Virus record (IMG/VR): IMGVR_UViG_3300007523_000059
Span: 1 to 28,613 of that record
DNA length: 28,613 nt
DNA from: a virus
Lineage: Duplodnaviria > Caudoviricetes
Reading direction: 5' to 3' (one strand)
In this document: piece after piece, positions 16,808 through 26,400 of the stretch
Layout of the letters: every line of letters starts with the position of its first letter
Position numbering within the stretch: the stretch's first letter is position 1
The notes under the pieces: generated by a model
The model's database searches: none
The model's input: the letters and a program-made list of their open reading frames with translations, nothing else
Told to the model about the DNA's origin: nothing
Program-made: the position numbers and the translations under genes

Positions 16808-17329
16808 ATGATCAATAGCAAGCCGAATAATAAAAACTACCACCAAGGCAATTACACACCAGTTAATAAAGATAAAATATTAAAATTGAATAGTGAGGAT
16901 GGGGTATACTATAGATCCGGATTGGAGCTCAAATTTATGACATGGTTAGATCGTAGCGATAAAATTAAAAGGTGGGGATCAGAGTGTTTAAAAATCCCAT
17001 ACCAACTAACACATTATGAAAAAAATGGAGATATTAACCTTAAAAGCCATATATATTACCCAGATTATTACTATGAAATAGATAACAATGGAATATTTAA
17101 AAAGGTTGTGGTCGAGGTTAAACCAATGAAAGAATATGAAGATGTTATATTATTGGAGAAAAAAATGTTTAAGATCCCAAAAGATGTCACTATTAAGAAA
17201 CTAAACAGCCTGGAATATCGATTAAAGATGGCGCAAAAAAATCTAAGAAAATGGGAAAGTATGATAAAATTCTGTGATTTAAAGGGATTTGACTTTATAG
17301 TTATAACTGAGAACCACTTTAAAAGTTAA
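16808..17329 (+). CDS. Head completion nuclease, T4 gp4-like (TnsA-type fold)
   Basis: YHQG.Y.P.N..K, YRSGLE..FM.WLD, WGSE..KIPY, YYPDY, VEVKP, N..KW, F.VITE. Start 16808 preferred (GATATATA-TTAC-ATG). Confidence 0.85.
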   Translation: MINSKPNNKNYHQGNYTPVNKDKILKLNSEDGVYYRSGLELKFMTWLDRSDKIKRWGSECLKIPYQLTHYEKNGDINLKSHIYYPDYYYEIDNNGIFKKVVVEVKPMKEYEDVILLEKKMFKIPKDVTIKKLNSLEYRLKMAQKNLRKWESMIKFCDLKGFDFIVITENHFKS

Positions 17330-17337
17330 AATTACTC

Positions 17338-17655
17338 TTAGTATTTAATTCTATCATCCGGATATGGATCATTATTAGATTCTAATTCGTATTTCGATTT
17401 AGCCTCTCTCAATACATGTGACCAGCCCTTCATATGTTTAAACTCATAACTCTCTATATCATAGTATACCTTGAAAGCATATTTAGGTCGTGATGATGTC
17501 CTAGTTTTCAACCAGAGGAATCCATACCTTTTGGTATATTCTTCATATCCATAAAAAAATTTTGTACCGAAGATTGGACTTGAGTGTATATCATCACCAT
17601 AAATATACCCAATCAAATACCTATATGTATCACCATCAATTAATATCTCTTTCAT
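17338..17655 (-). CDS. Hypothetical protein
   Basis: 105-aa ORF overlapping the end of fcl by 20 nt. Confidence 0.55.
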   Translation of the reverse strand: MKEILIDGDTYRYLIGYIYGDDIHSSPIFGTKFFYGYEEYTKRYGFLWLKTRTSSRPKYAFKVYYDIESYEFKHMKGWSHVLREAKSKYELESNNDPYPDDRIKY

Positions 17656-18583
17656 TACTTAAAAAATCTTTATATACTGATTCTATACCATTTCTCAAAG
17701 AAGTTTTATGTTTCCAGCCCAAATTATGAACCTTTGAAACATCCAATAACTTTCTAGGTGTTCCATCTGGCTTACTACTATCAAATTCTATATCACATTT
17801 ATATCCAATGATATCCTGTATTAGATACACAAGATCTCTTATTGATAGATCTTCGCCAGTTCCAATATTCACAATTCCATCACCATCATAATTCTCAAAA
17901 AGGTGTATACAAGCCTCAGCTAGATCATCAACAAGTAAAAATTCTCTCATAGGATTACCAGATCCCCATACAACAACACTCTTATCATTATTCATTTTAG
18001 CCTGGTGTATTTTACGAATAAGAGCTGGTAAAACATGTGATGATCCAAGATCATAATCATCACCAACACCATATATATTTGTTGGCATAACAGATATAAA
18101 ATTAGTACCATATTGCTGGTTAAATGACTGACACATATTTATACCGGATAATTTAGCCAAAGCGTATGCATCATTAGTTTCCTCAAGAGGACCAGTCATC
18201 ATATATTCCTCTTTTATTGGCTGAGGACACATTTTCGGATAAATACAAGAAGATCCTAGAAAAAGTAGTTTTTCAACACCGTTTTTATAGGAAGCATTTA
18301 TAACATTTGATTGAATCATTATATTTTTATAAATAAAATCACCCTTCTTTGTGTTATTATAGTTTATACCACCAACATAAGCAGCCGCCAAGAAAACAAA
18401 AACAGGTTTATATTCTTTGAAGTATTCATCAACCCTTGATTGATTAGTTAGGTCTAAATCAAAACTTGTGGGTGATATTATATTATTGAATCCTTTAGAT
18501 TCTAATTCTCGTATTATAGCAGATCCAACCATACCACGACCACCACACACCAATATCTTGGAATAAGGTTTAATTCTAACCAT
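17636..18583 (-). CDS. fcl: GDP-L-fucose synthase
   Basis: [69 protein letters not shown]. Confidence 0.96.
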   Translation of the reverse strand: MVRIKPYSKILVCGGRGMVGSAIIRELESKGFNNIISPTSFDLDLTNQSRVDEYFKEYKPVFVFLAAAYVGGINYNNTKKGDFIYKNIMIQSNVINASYKNGVEKLLFLGSSCIYPKMCPQPIKEEYMMTGPLEETNDAYALAKLSGINMCQSFNQQYGTNFISVMPTNIYGVGDDYDLGSSHVLPALIRKIHQAKMNNDKSVVVWGSGNPMREFLLVDDLAEACIHLFENYDGDGIVNIGTGEDLSIRDLVYLIQDIIGYKCDIEFDSSKPDGTPRKLLDVSKVHNLGWKHKTSLRNGIESVYKDFLSNERDIN

Positions 18584-19638
18584 TATTGTAATATTTTTAA
18601 CTCTCTTAAAACACTATTATAATCCTCATCAACCATTTCTTTACATAATGATTCAAGGTCATATTCTGGCTCCCATCCAAGAATAGTTCTTGCTTTAGTA
18701 GAATCTCCTAATAATTGATCAACCTCTGTCGGTCTAAAGTATTCCTCATCTACCTCTATTAATGTACCACCGGTATCAATATCAATACCCCTCTCAAAAA
18801 GACCATTACCCTCCCAAGATATAATTATACCAAGTTGTTTAAAAACCATCTCAATAAATTCTCTAACAGATACCATTTTACCAGTTGATAAAACAAAATC
18901 ATCTGGCTTATCTTGTTGCAACATAAGCCACATTCCACGGACATAATCCTTAGCATGTCCCCAATCTCTCTTAGCGTCTAGATTCCCAACATATAATTTC
19001 TCTTGAAGACCAACTTTAATACGTGATGCCGCCATTGTTATCTTACGAGTAACGAATGTTTCACCCCTTACTGGACTTTCGTGGTTGAAAAGTATTCCCG
19101 AACAAGCATATATACCATAAGCCTCTCGGTAATTAATAGTTATCCAGTGTGAATATAGTTTGGCAACTCCGTATGGACTTCTTGGATAAAATGGGGTTTT
19201 TTCGTTTTGTGGAATCTCTTGCACAAGTCCAAACATTTCAGATGTTGAAGCTTGGTAAAATTTTGTCTTTTTTGTTAATTTAAGTATACGAATAGCCTCC
19301 AATATTCTTAATGTGCCAATAGCATCAGCATTTGCTGTGTATTCAGGAGTTTCAAATGAAACCTTAACATGTGACTGGGCGGCTAAGTTGTATATCTCAT
19401 CCGGCTGAACCTCTTGTATAATACTTATAAGGTTTGTAGAATCTGTCATATCACCATAGTGAAGGTGAAATGTTCCATCATCCTTTGTCTTTTCAAAAAT
19501 ATTATCTATCCTATCGGTATTAAATGAAGAACTTCTTCTTTTAATACCATGCACAATATACCCCTTCTCTAATAATAATTCTGCTAGATATTTCCCATCT
19601 TGTCCAGTTATTCCAGTGATCAATGCCGTTTTTCCCAT
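18583..19638 (-). CDS. gmd: GDP-mannose 4,6-dehydratase
   Basis: [67 protein letters not shown]. Start 19638 or 19653; TAATG coupling to fcl. Confidence 0.97.
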   Translation of the reverse strand: MGKTALITGITGQDGKYLAELLLEKGYIVHGIKRRSSSFNTDRIDNIFEKTKDDGTFHLHYGDMTDSTNLISIIQEVQPDEIYNLAAQSHVKVSFETPEYTANADAIGTLRILEAIRILKLTKKTKFYQASTSEMFGLVQEIPQNEKTPFYPRSPYGVAKLYSHWITINYREAYGIYACSGILFNHESPVRGETFVTRKITMAASRIKVGLQEKLYVGNLDAKRDWGHAKDYVRGMWLMLQQDKPDDFVLSTGKMVSVREFIEMVFKQLGIIISWEGNGLFERGIDIDTGGTLIEVDEEYFRPTEVDQLLGDSTKARTILGWEPEYDLESLCKEMVDEDYNSVLRELKILQ

Positions 19639-19698
19639 AAGAGTTTTATACAACAGGATAATTAAAGTTTATTTAAAAAAATTAGTCTTAGATAAAAG

Positions 19699-21492
19699 TC
19701 AACAAATCGATATACTATATACCCATTTTTTCTGACCACTTGAATATATCCTATAATATCCACGGCTATGCATTATCTCAACCTCTGTCATATTTTTATC
19801 AAATCCATCATTCACCAATTTTCTCTTAGAAAAGTTATATCTATGCTTTCGCACACCATCAACTACCCAGAAATAATTTGGATCGGATAATGATATATCG
19901 TCAAATCCCAATCTACTATATAACGATCCACTGAATAATGAGATATCCTCATAGGATGTAATATTTTGCCCATCATAATGATTATTAAGAAAAAAATTAA
20001 ATAATTTAGATGCTGATCCCATAATAGAATGGTGTTTCTTATTGCAAAATCTTATCAGTTCATATTCCTTTTTATTATTTGTCCTTCTCCATCCAAATGT
20101 CATTAAGCTAACCAATGTGCCTGATGAATAAAGTCCAATAGCTATAGAACAACTGGAGAATCCCTGTATATGGTTCTCATCAAGAAATTGTCTATATTCC
20201 TTAGCACCAACAATGTCTATTGAACATTTTCTAGCTCCTATCTTTTTATCAACCACACCCATTCTGTTTTTTATTATAGATTTGACAATATCTCTCTTAT
20301 GTTGCCAATCATCCTCCCATATATGCAAAAGATCTATACCCGATTTCTTACATTGCATTGTTTTATCTAAATGATAATTGGATGGTTTGAATATCTCAGA
20401 ATGCCAATATATACCGTTGACCTCAATACCAATATTGTGATCTGGTAAATATATATCTATTTCCCCCTTTATTAGGTCTTTGCGATTCCTTTCACAATTA
20501 ATACACATCTCTTTAATGAAATTATATATTTCCGATTCTATAAAAGAATATTGAACACCAACTGGATTACATTCTACACAAATACACTTACCCATAGTAT
20601 ATCTTGCTGATAATAACCCTTTACTTATTGAAAATTCCTTATTACATTCTATATGTAATATCTTAAATTCCTCATTGTGATAAGATACTGTATCATATTT
20701 CTCTGAAATCAATTCAGAATATTTAATATGTGTTTTTCTTTCCTTAGATATTTTTGACCTAGTTTTAAAAAACTCATTTTTAGATGGATGACCACCCCAT
20801 ATGATATCATTTGTATTAATACACCGTTGCTTATACTCATCGGTTTTAGAATAGTGATTGACTCCATATTTTTCCATAGATATTTCTTCGGACCTTTTTT
20901 TCCAATCCTTTGTTTTGGAATACCAATCTTTCCCCCAATTTTCAAAAAATGTCTTTCGTGATTTTCCAATAACATCTTTAGACTGCATTGGATATTCAAC
21001 CCCAAGATTCTTTAAATTTGTTTTTTTGGAAGATTCCTTAAATTCATCAACTTGAAATGTATTGGTTTTCCCATACCTATCCATGCATGTTTTTTTATAC
21101 TTTATCTTATATTCATCGGTTTTAGAATAATGATCGACTCCGTATTTATCTAATATAGATTTTTTTAATTTTTTCTTTACTTTATCACTCTTCATGGGAT
21201 TGTTAACCCCGTACCTATCAATACATGTCTGTTTAGCCACTTCTTTATTACACAGATTGCAATAATATTTATCCACGACACCATTTGTATAATTCCAATA
21301 ATCCTTAAAACAATTATTCGATTCGTTTCCACATATATCACATATTGATGTGATCTTAGTAGAACATCCTTTACTAAGGTGTAATACATTAACACTAAAC
21401 GTGCTCCCAATTATAACATTATATCCAAGATTTTCGTAATATTTTTTATTACGAGGATGTCCCTTTAACAAAATAAACTTTTCCTTTATCAT
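19699..21492 (-). CDS. Putative homing-type endonuclease: Zn finger, ~7 x 23-aa repeats, Vsr/PD-(D/E)XK-like domain, GNAT-like domain
   Basis: CDICG..YYCNLC; (K/R)YGV repeats; EIDIYLP..GIEVNGIYWHS..LLHIWEDDW; IGARKC..FLDENHIQG..YELIRFCN..GSASKLF..G.LYSRLGF. Confidence 0.8.
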   Translation of the reverse strand: MIKEKFILLKGHPRNKKYYENLGYNVIIGSTFSVNVLHLSKGCSTKITSICDICGNESNNCFKDYWNYTNGVVDKYYCNLCNKEVAKQTCIDRYGVNNPMKSDKVKKKLKKSILDKYGVDHYSKTDEYKIKYKKTCMDRYGKTNTFQVDEFKESSKKTNLKNLGVEYPMQSKDVIGKSRKTFFENWGKDWYSKTKDWKKRSEEISMEKYGVNHYSKTDEYKQRCINTNDIIWGGHPSKNEFFKTRSKISKERKTHIKYSELISEKYDTVSYHNEEFKILHIECNKEFSISKGLLSARYTMGKCICVECNPVGVQYSFIESEIYNFIKEMCINCERNRKDLIKGEIDIYLPDHNIGIEVNGIYWHSEIFKPSNYHLDKTMQCKKSGIDLLHIWEDDWQHKRDIVKSIIKNRMGVVDKKIGARKCSIDIVGAKEYRQFLDENHIQGFSSCSIAIGLYSSGTLVSLMTFGWRRTNNKKEYELIRFCNKKHHSIMGSASKLFNFFLNNHYDGQNITSYEDISLFSGSLYSRLGFDDISLSDPNYFWVVDGVRKHRYNFSKRKLVNDGFDKNMTEVEIMHSRGYYRIYSSGQKKWVYSISIC

Positions 21493-21531
21493 TAACTCTA
21501 TATATTATATAAAGAGTTCTCCCCTAGGGGT

Positions 21532-21897
21532 TTATAAAGAATGTAATCCCATTCCATCATTTGATCCTTCCAATGATATTAACTTAATTCCGTTCTCAGA
21601 ATCTCCCTTTTTTTTATAAAGTTGGTTGAATCCCTTGGCCAGCCCTCGCTTAAAAACCTCAGTAAAATATGCAAAGGCATTAACTGATTTTGATTCATTA
21701 AAATTGTACCAGTTCTGGTACATATCCAGAAGACCAGATTGATAACAATCCATTTTATCATCATAATTATAGTATTTCATCTTCTTTATTGTCTCATTAC
21801 CCAATATTTCAAGCATTCTTTCAGCTCTTCTTGTCAACTTACCCTGAGCTTTTGATACAATGATCTCACAATACAGTTCTTTATTACTTAAATACAT
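21532..21897 (-). CDS. Late-transcription sigma factor, T4 gp55-like (minimal, 121 aa)
   Basis: YLSNKELY and NFNESKSVNAFAYFTEV match the gp55 Y.NNK and NF..EKS.NPFAYFTQI motifs. Confidence 0.8.
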   Translation of the reverse strand: MYLSNKELYCEIIVSKAQGKLTRRAERMLEILGNETIKKMKYYNYDDKMDCYQSGLLDMYQNWYNFNESKSVNAFAYFTEVFKRGLAKGFNQLYKKKGDSENGIKLISLEGSNDGMGLHSL

Positions 21898-22013
21898 ATT
21901 TAAAGCATTATTTTATATCCTTTCGGTTTACACGCTTTCATGTTATAGTAAATCATTTTTTATTTGTTTAAAAAACCTTTGAGTTTTCCACCTTTTTTAT
22001 GTAATTATATATT

Positions 22014-22048
22014 AAAAAGAAACACCATACTTTTTTAGGGTATGGTGT
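22014..22048 (-). terminator. Probable intrinsic terminator abutting a TAATATATA motif (22006-22014)
   Basis: ACACCATAC / GTATGGTGT 9-bp stem followed by TTCTTTTT on the minus strand. Confidence 0.65.
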
Positions 22049-22076
22049 CGGTCATAGAATACTATTCTATGAGTGG

Positions 22077-22496
22077 TTAAAATTGTGGAACATCAGAAGC
22101 TTTGAAATCCTTACCACAGAATTCATCCATGGCCTTAACAAATAGATTAGCGGTTTTTCTATCAACCTCGTAGTTAATACTATTATCACTTGTTATAGAC
22201 AAGCTACCACCGGATGTACTAACCCTTAGAATTAACAATACTCTTGTATTATCCGTTTCAAATGACACCCATCCATCATTATCAGAATTCACAACTGATA
22301 TATTATCATTCTTGACATCATTTGATCCCTTGGATTTGTACCTAATAGTGACTCCAAGGTATTGTCTATATTTTAGACCTTTAGCGGTGTTAGATATTTC
22401 CCTACCTCTCGTATCTCCTCTGATTCTACCAGATCTCTCAACACTATCATATGTCGATGGTGATAGCTCTTCGTTAAATCTACTAATATGTTTCAT
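22077..22496 (-). CDS. Hypothetical protein with MKHISRFNEE leader; possible internal head protein
   Basis: 139-aa ORF in an operon with 22513..23790; leader resembles T4 internal-protein capsid-targeting sequences. Confidence 0.6.
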   Translation of the reverse strand: MKHISRFNEELSPSTYDSVERSGRIRGDTRGREISNTAKGLKYRQYLGVTIRYKSKGSNDVKNDNISVVNSDNDGWVSFETDNTRVLLILRVSTSGGSLSITSDNSINYEVDRKTANLFVKAMDEFCGKDFKASDVPQF

Positions 22497-22512
22497 ATTT
22501 ACATGTATCTTT

Positions 22513-23790
22513 TTAAAATCTTGTAACTTCTTGGAATTTAACCTCTTTTATTGCTAAGATTTCACTATCAAGATTTTCCTTTCTCTTCTGTAGGTTTCTA
22601 AGAGCGCTATTAAGAACATTAGTCCCACCTATCAATTGAATAGATCCTTTAATCTTAGAGATATTAAAATTAACATCTTCCAATTTTAGAGTGATTTCTC
22701 TTTCTTTGTCCTCCAATCTTCTTCTTGACATTGTTTCCTTACCCATCTTATCTTCAAAGAAATAAGTAAGATCACAATTTAATTCATTTTTTACCTCATT
22801 AACAAGTTCTATTGCCGAATCATATTTAAAGAATGAATGTCCGTATCTTTCATCACATCTGTATAGGAAAATATTATCCTTGAAATTAAAAGCGAAAACT
22901 TCTAGTGTTGGATTGATAAGATTGCTAACTCTCTTAACAACATCTAATTCAACAAATGAGCCCATGTTGTTGGAAACTTCCAAAATAATTGGATAAAAAT
23001 TCTTATTTACAATAGGAATAACTGGTGATGAGAAAACGCTCTCTAATGTCGATTCACCGTTAAGCTCATCCTCATTAATAAAAAGTCCTTTCTTTTCTAC
23101 ACCAATACCAATAGTCAAATATTCAGAAATTCTGAAATCGATTCTTGATTCTGAAACATTGCAAAATTGCAATGCTGTTTCTAGCGTTCTAAGTGTTCTT
23201 AGCTTATTGTCATCCTTTACATGTGCCTCTAAAAGAGTTTTCTCAATGGTACCCTCTGATAATAGGAACCAAGAATCTTGAATAAATGCCAAGTGTCCTT
23301 CCTCAACCTGCTCAACTATTGTATAAACAGGCTCTACTCTACCACCGCTCAAAAGATTAGTCTTTTGCTCTGGAGAATCGGTAAGATTATGAACGAACAA
23401 CCTTATTTCAGGAACCCAATCATAGACAGCTAATTCGTTAAGAATCTTAGACATTCTATCTTGATCAGTTTCAAGATTAATAGTCTGTAATAAAACATTC
23501 AATGGATGTCGATAAACCTCACCTTGGTTTTTTGAATTTATAACATTATACAAGTTTTTCAATTCGTATAACAATTCATATTGTATGTAATCATCATTCA
23601 AACCCTCAAGAAGGGATTTTACTCCTGAATCGTACATAAACGGCTTTAATTTACCATTTAATGAGCTAATAACATTCTTTTCTTCGTTATCCGAAAAGTT
23701 CATGTGTCCCTCAATGATATAGGCTATTTCCGATCTGTCGAAGTTTAAGCCCTTTTTAAAGTTGAAAAGTTCAAGTTTAAGGTTTTTCAT
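22513..23790 (-). CDS. Hypothetical late protein with C-terminal coiled coil
   Basis: 425-aa ORF, TAATATATA at 23818-23826, heptad-like C-terminus; no family recognised. Confidence 0.7.
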   Translation of the reverse strand: MKNLKLELFNFKKGLNFDRSEIAYIIEGHMNFSDNEEKNVISSLNGKLKPFMYDSGVKSLLEGLNDDYIQYELLYELKNLYNVINSKNQGEVYRHPLNVLLQTINLETDQDRMSKILNELAVYDWVPEIRLFVHNLTDSPEQKTNLLSGGRVEPVYTIVEQVEEGHLAFIQDSWFLLSEGTIEKTLLEAHVKDDNKLRTLRTLETALQFCNVSESRIDFRISEYLTIGIGVEKKGLFINEDELNGESTLESVFSSPVIPIVNKNFYPIILEVSNNMGSFVELDVVKRVSNLINPTLEVFAFNFKDNIFLYRCDERYGHSFFKYDSAIELVNEVKNELNCDLTYFFEDKMGKETMSRRRLEDKEREITLKLEDVNFNISKIKGSIQLIGGTNVLNSALRNLQKRKENLDSEILAIKEVKFQEVTRF

Positions 23791-23858
23791 ACTAAAAATT
23801 TATTTTTTTATATAGAGTATATATTATCATAAAAAAACCACTTTTTTCTAAAATAATT

Positions 23859-24590
23859 TTAATCGGTTGTATCAGAATCCGGCCTGGTACTATTACCACT
23901 TTTATTCCTAAGCGCTATAATATTATTATACCATCGTGTCCTATATGGATGAACGCTCTGATCTTCGATAAATGCTGGATAATATGTTTGAACCGATAGA
24001 CTAAGAGTTAGTTTAATATTATTATCACTTGATAAGTTCTTTTCCCTAACTATTTCAACACTGGTGTCATCTGGTACTAATAAGAAGGCATCTATATTCA
24101 TATAATTATATTCAAAAAACATAAATTTATATAACCAAAGTGTATTCAATATTGATTGTGAACATTTGAACACATCAATTTCTGTTTTCAATAATATTGA
24201 TAACTCATAATTAACTGTTACTGGAATCGCCCTAACTTTTCTAAGAACTGTCTTTAAATTTTTCTTCTCTTCTGATATATCTCTTAACCAAACATTTGGG
24301 TTACGAAACTCATCAGATCTAACTGCCCAATTAGTCAGTGTTATATGACCCCTTGGTATAATATCAGTATTTAACTCGACAAATCTATTATTGGAGACAA
24401 CATCATCTTGGAAGCTATCTAATAAAAATCTTTCGTCTCCGCTGAGTGAATAATAAAATGGGACATTAACCTCAACATCTCCTGATGAAAATTTATTTAT
24501 CCATTTTACCCTACCTTCTAATGTATCTAGTACGGTGAGTGTTAAGTCCCTAAGAAATGTTTCACTATAATTAAACCTTTCACCTATCAT
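23859..24590 (-). CDS. Tail terminator / sheath stabiliser, T4 gp15-like
   Basis: F.Y....R, V.VPFYY...ERF, IPR, PVTVNYELSI motifs and size fit gp15-like proteins. Confidence 0.65.
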   Translation of the reverse strand: MIGERFNYSETFLRDLTLTVLDTLEGRVKWINKFSSGDVEVNVPFYYSLSGDERFLLDSFQDDVVSNNRFVELNTDIIPRGHITLTNWAVRSDEFRNPNVWLRDISEEKKNLKTVLRKVRAIPVTVNYELSILLKTEIDVFKCSQSILNTLWLYKFMFFEYNYMNIDAFLLVPDDTSVEIVREKNLSSDNNIKLTLSLSVQTYYPAFIEDQSVHPYRTRWYNNIIALRNKSGNSTRPDSDTTD

Positions 24591-24664
24591 AAATTCTCCT
24601 GATTGCTTTTATCTAAACCTTCCAATAACATAATACTATATATTAAACAAGTAAAACTCTTAAA

Positions 24665-25621
24665 ATGTCAATATCACAATTATTACTATGGGAAAGATCC
24701 AGACCTAAGACACTAGAAGACATAGTTCTACCAGAAAGGATAAGAAATCACTTCAAAGATGGTGAAGTAACACAGAATTACATATTCCACGGAAATTATG
24801 GAACTGGTAAAACATCACTTGCTCAGATATTGATAGGCAAATATTCAAAGGACAAACCATTTTTAGAAATAAACACCTCACTTTACACATCTATTAATGT
24901 GTTAAGAGAAGAAGTTGATAAATTCTGTAAAATTGTACCAATGCTAGAATCATCAGGTTCAACAAAATATGTTTTTCTTGACGAATTTGACAGGGCATCT
25001 GCTGAATACCAAGATGGCTTAAAAGCATTTATCGAGCATTATAAAAATGTTAGATTTATTCTAGTAACCAATCACTTTAATAGAATAACTGATGGTATTA
25101 AATCAAGATTCGCTGAATTGAACTTTAATCCACAAAATGCCGATGAGATAAAATCTATGAAGATTGGCATTTATAAAAGAATGAGAGATATCGCTGAAAA
25201 AGAAGAAATAGAAGTTGATAAGGAAACATTAACAGGAATTGTAAACAAAAAATATCCAGATAACCGGGAGATGTTCAAACAATTGGAAATTCTGAAACTC
25301 GGCAATGTTGATGATGGTATGGTCAAGATAGACAATAAGTTAAAAACGGAATTATATAAACTAATATATGATGCAAATATTGATTATCCAACAACTTATA
25401 ACTTTCTAATGAATTCATTTGGACCAGAAAGAATTGATGAATTATTCAATATCCTAGGAAGGCCATTTATCGAAATATCAATATCACAGAAAAAGGATGT
25501 CGATAAATTATTTGAATGTAATAATATAATATCTGATTATAGGGATAAACTGGACACTAAGACAGATCCAATTGTTTTGGGCATGACGATTATAGGGAAG
25601 TTTAAGAAATTATTGAATTAA
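24665..25621 (+). CDS. Sliding-clamp loader AAA+ subunit (T4 gp44 / RFC small subunit-like)
   Basis: LWERSRPKTLEDIVLP, Walker A GNYGTGKT, Walker B VFLDEFD, FILVTN, IKSRF, YPDNR. Confidence 0.9.
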   Translation: MSISQLLLWERSRPKTLEDIVLPERIRNHFKDGEVTQNYIFHGNYGTGKTSLAQILIGKYSKDKPFLEINTSLYTSINVLREEVDKFCKIVPMLESSGSTKYVFLDEFDRASAEYQDGLKAFIEHYKNVRFILVTNHFNRITDGIKSRFAELNFNPQNADEIKSMKIGIYKRMRDIAEKEEIEVDKETLTGIVNKKYPDNREMFKQLEILKLGNVDDGMVKIDNKLKTELYKLIYDANIDYPTTYNFLMNSFGPERIDELFNILGRPFIEISISQKKDVDKLFECNNIISDYRDKLDTKTDPIVLGMTIIGKFKKLLN

Positions 25622-25623
25622 TT

Positions 25624-26400
25624 TTATTTGGTGAATATAGGATTTTGTAATTTACTAACAACAACATCTGATCCAACATACTTTAAAGACGCTACCAGCA
25701 CTGTGTATTGACCAGGATTTAGGCTAATTTTACCATTCCTATTTCTATAAACAATAGATTTTAATAGATGTGTATCATATGCATTTCTATAAACTCCTGA
25801 TATCAAAACCTCTTCTATTGCCTCTATATCAAATTCATCTACTTCAAACTCTAACTCTCTGTATTGACCAATATATAACCTAAGCCCCTTAAACATATGG
25901 TTATTATCAATAAACGCTAAACCTGTCTTGCCGGATTTTTTTGATAATTTTCGCAATATATCATCACAATCCATATTATAATCACCAACATTCATTTTAC
26001 CACGATAAAGTTCTATATCCCAGAAGCAATTAAATTGGTTATTGTTTACCACCTGTGCCACACAAGCATCAACCCCACCGCCATCATTCACTAATATAAT
26101 ACAGATATCATATAACTCCCTAGCGGTAAGCCCAGAAGGTGATGGATCAAGCGACTCGTTAATTAGAAATCTTTCATAGAATTCTTTATCTACTATATGT
26201 TTTTTCTTATATTCTTTATGTTTCACCATCTCCCCCGTTTTTTTATTATAGAATTTTATATCTGATTTATCATATGATGTATGGTTAAATGTTATCTCCT
26301 CATCACTATCTAATCTTATTCCCATTTTATTAGTCTTTAACCTAACCACTTTAGCATTCTTATATTCACCATCAACTCTACCACCACAATATGATACCAT
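25624..26400 (-). CDS. Hypothetical protein; possibly the 3' part of a frameshifted gene
   Basis: 258-aa ORF overlapping 26337..26888 by 64 nt. Confidence 0.55.
   Translation of the reverse strand: MVSYCGGRVDGEYKNAKVVRLKTNKMGIRLDSDEEITFNHTSYDKSDIKFYNKKTGEMVKHKEYKKKHIVDKEFYERFLINESLDPSPSGLTARELYDICIILVNDGGGVDACVAQVVNNNQFNCFWDIELYRGKMNVGDYNMDCDDILRKLSKKSGKTGLAFIDNNHMFKGLRLYIGQYRELEFEVDEFDIEAIEEVLISGVYRNAYDTHLLKSIVYRNRNGKISLNPGQYTVLVASLKYVGSDVVVSKLQNPIFTK

Noticed and set aside
21521-21530. Palindrome CCCCTAGGGG after the sigma gene
   Set aside because: Stem too short and no adjacent U-tract to call a terminator; function unsupported.
20709-22557. Short overlapping ORFs (20709, 20858, 21192, 21579, 22312), and likewise 197, 3940, 8142, 10480, 13341, 14489, 26899
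   Set aside because: Nested in or antisense to better-supported genes, with no independent signals.
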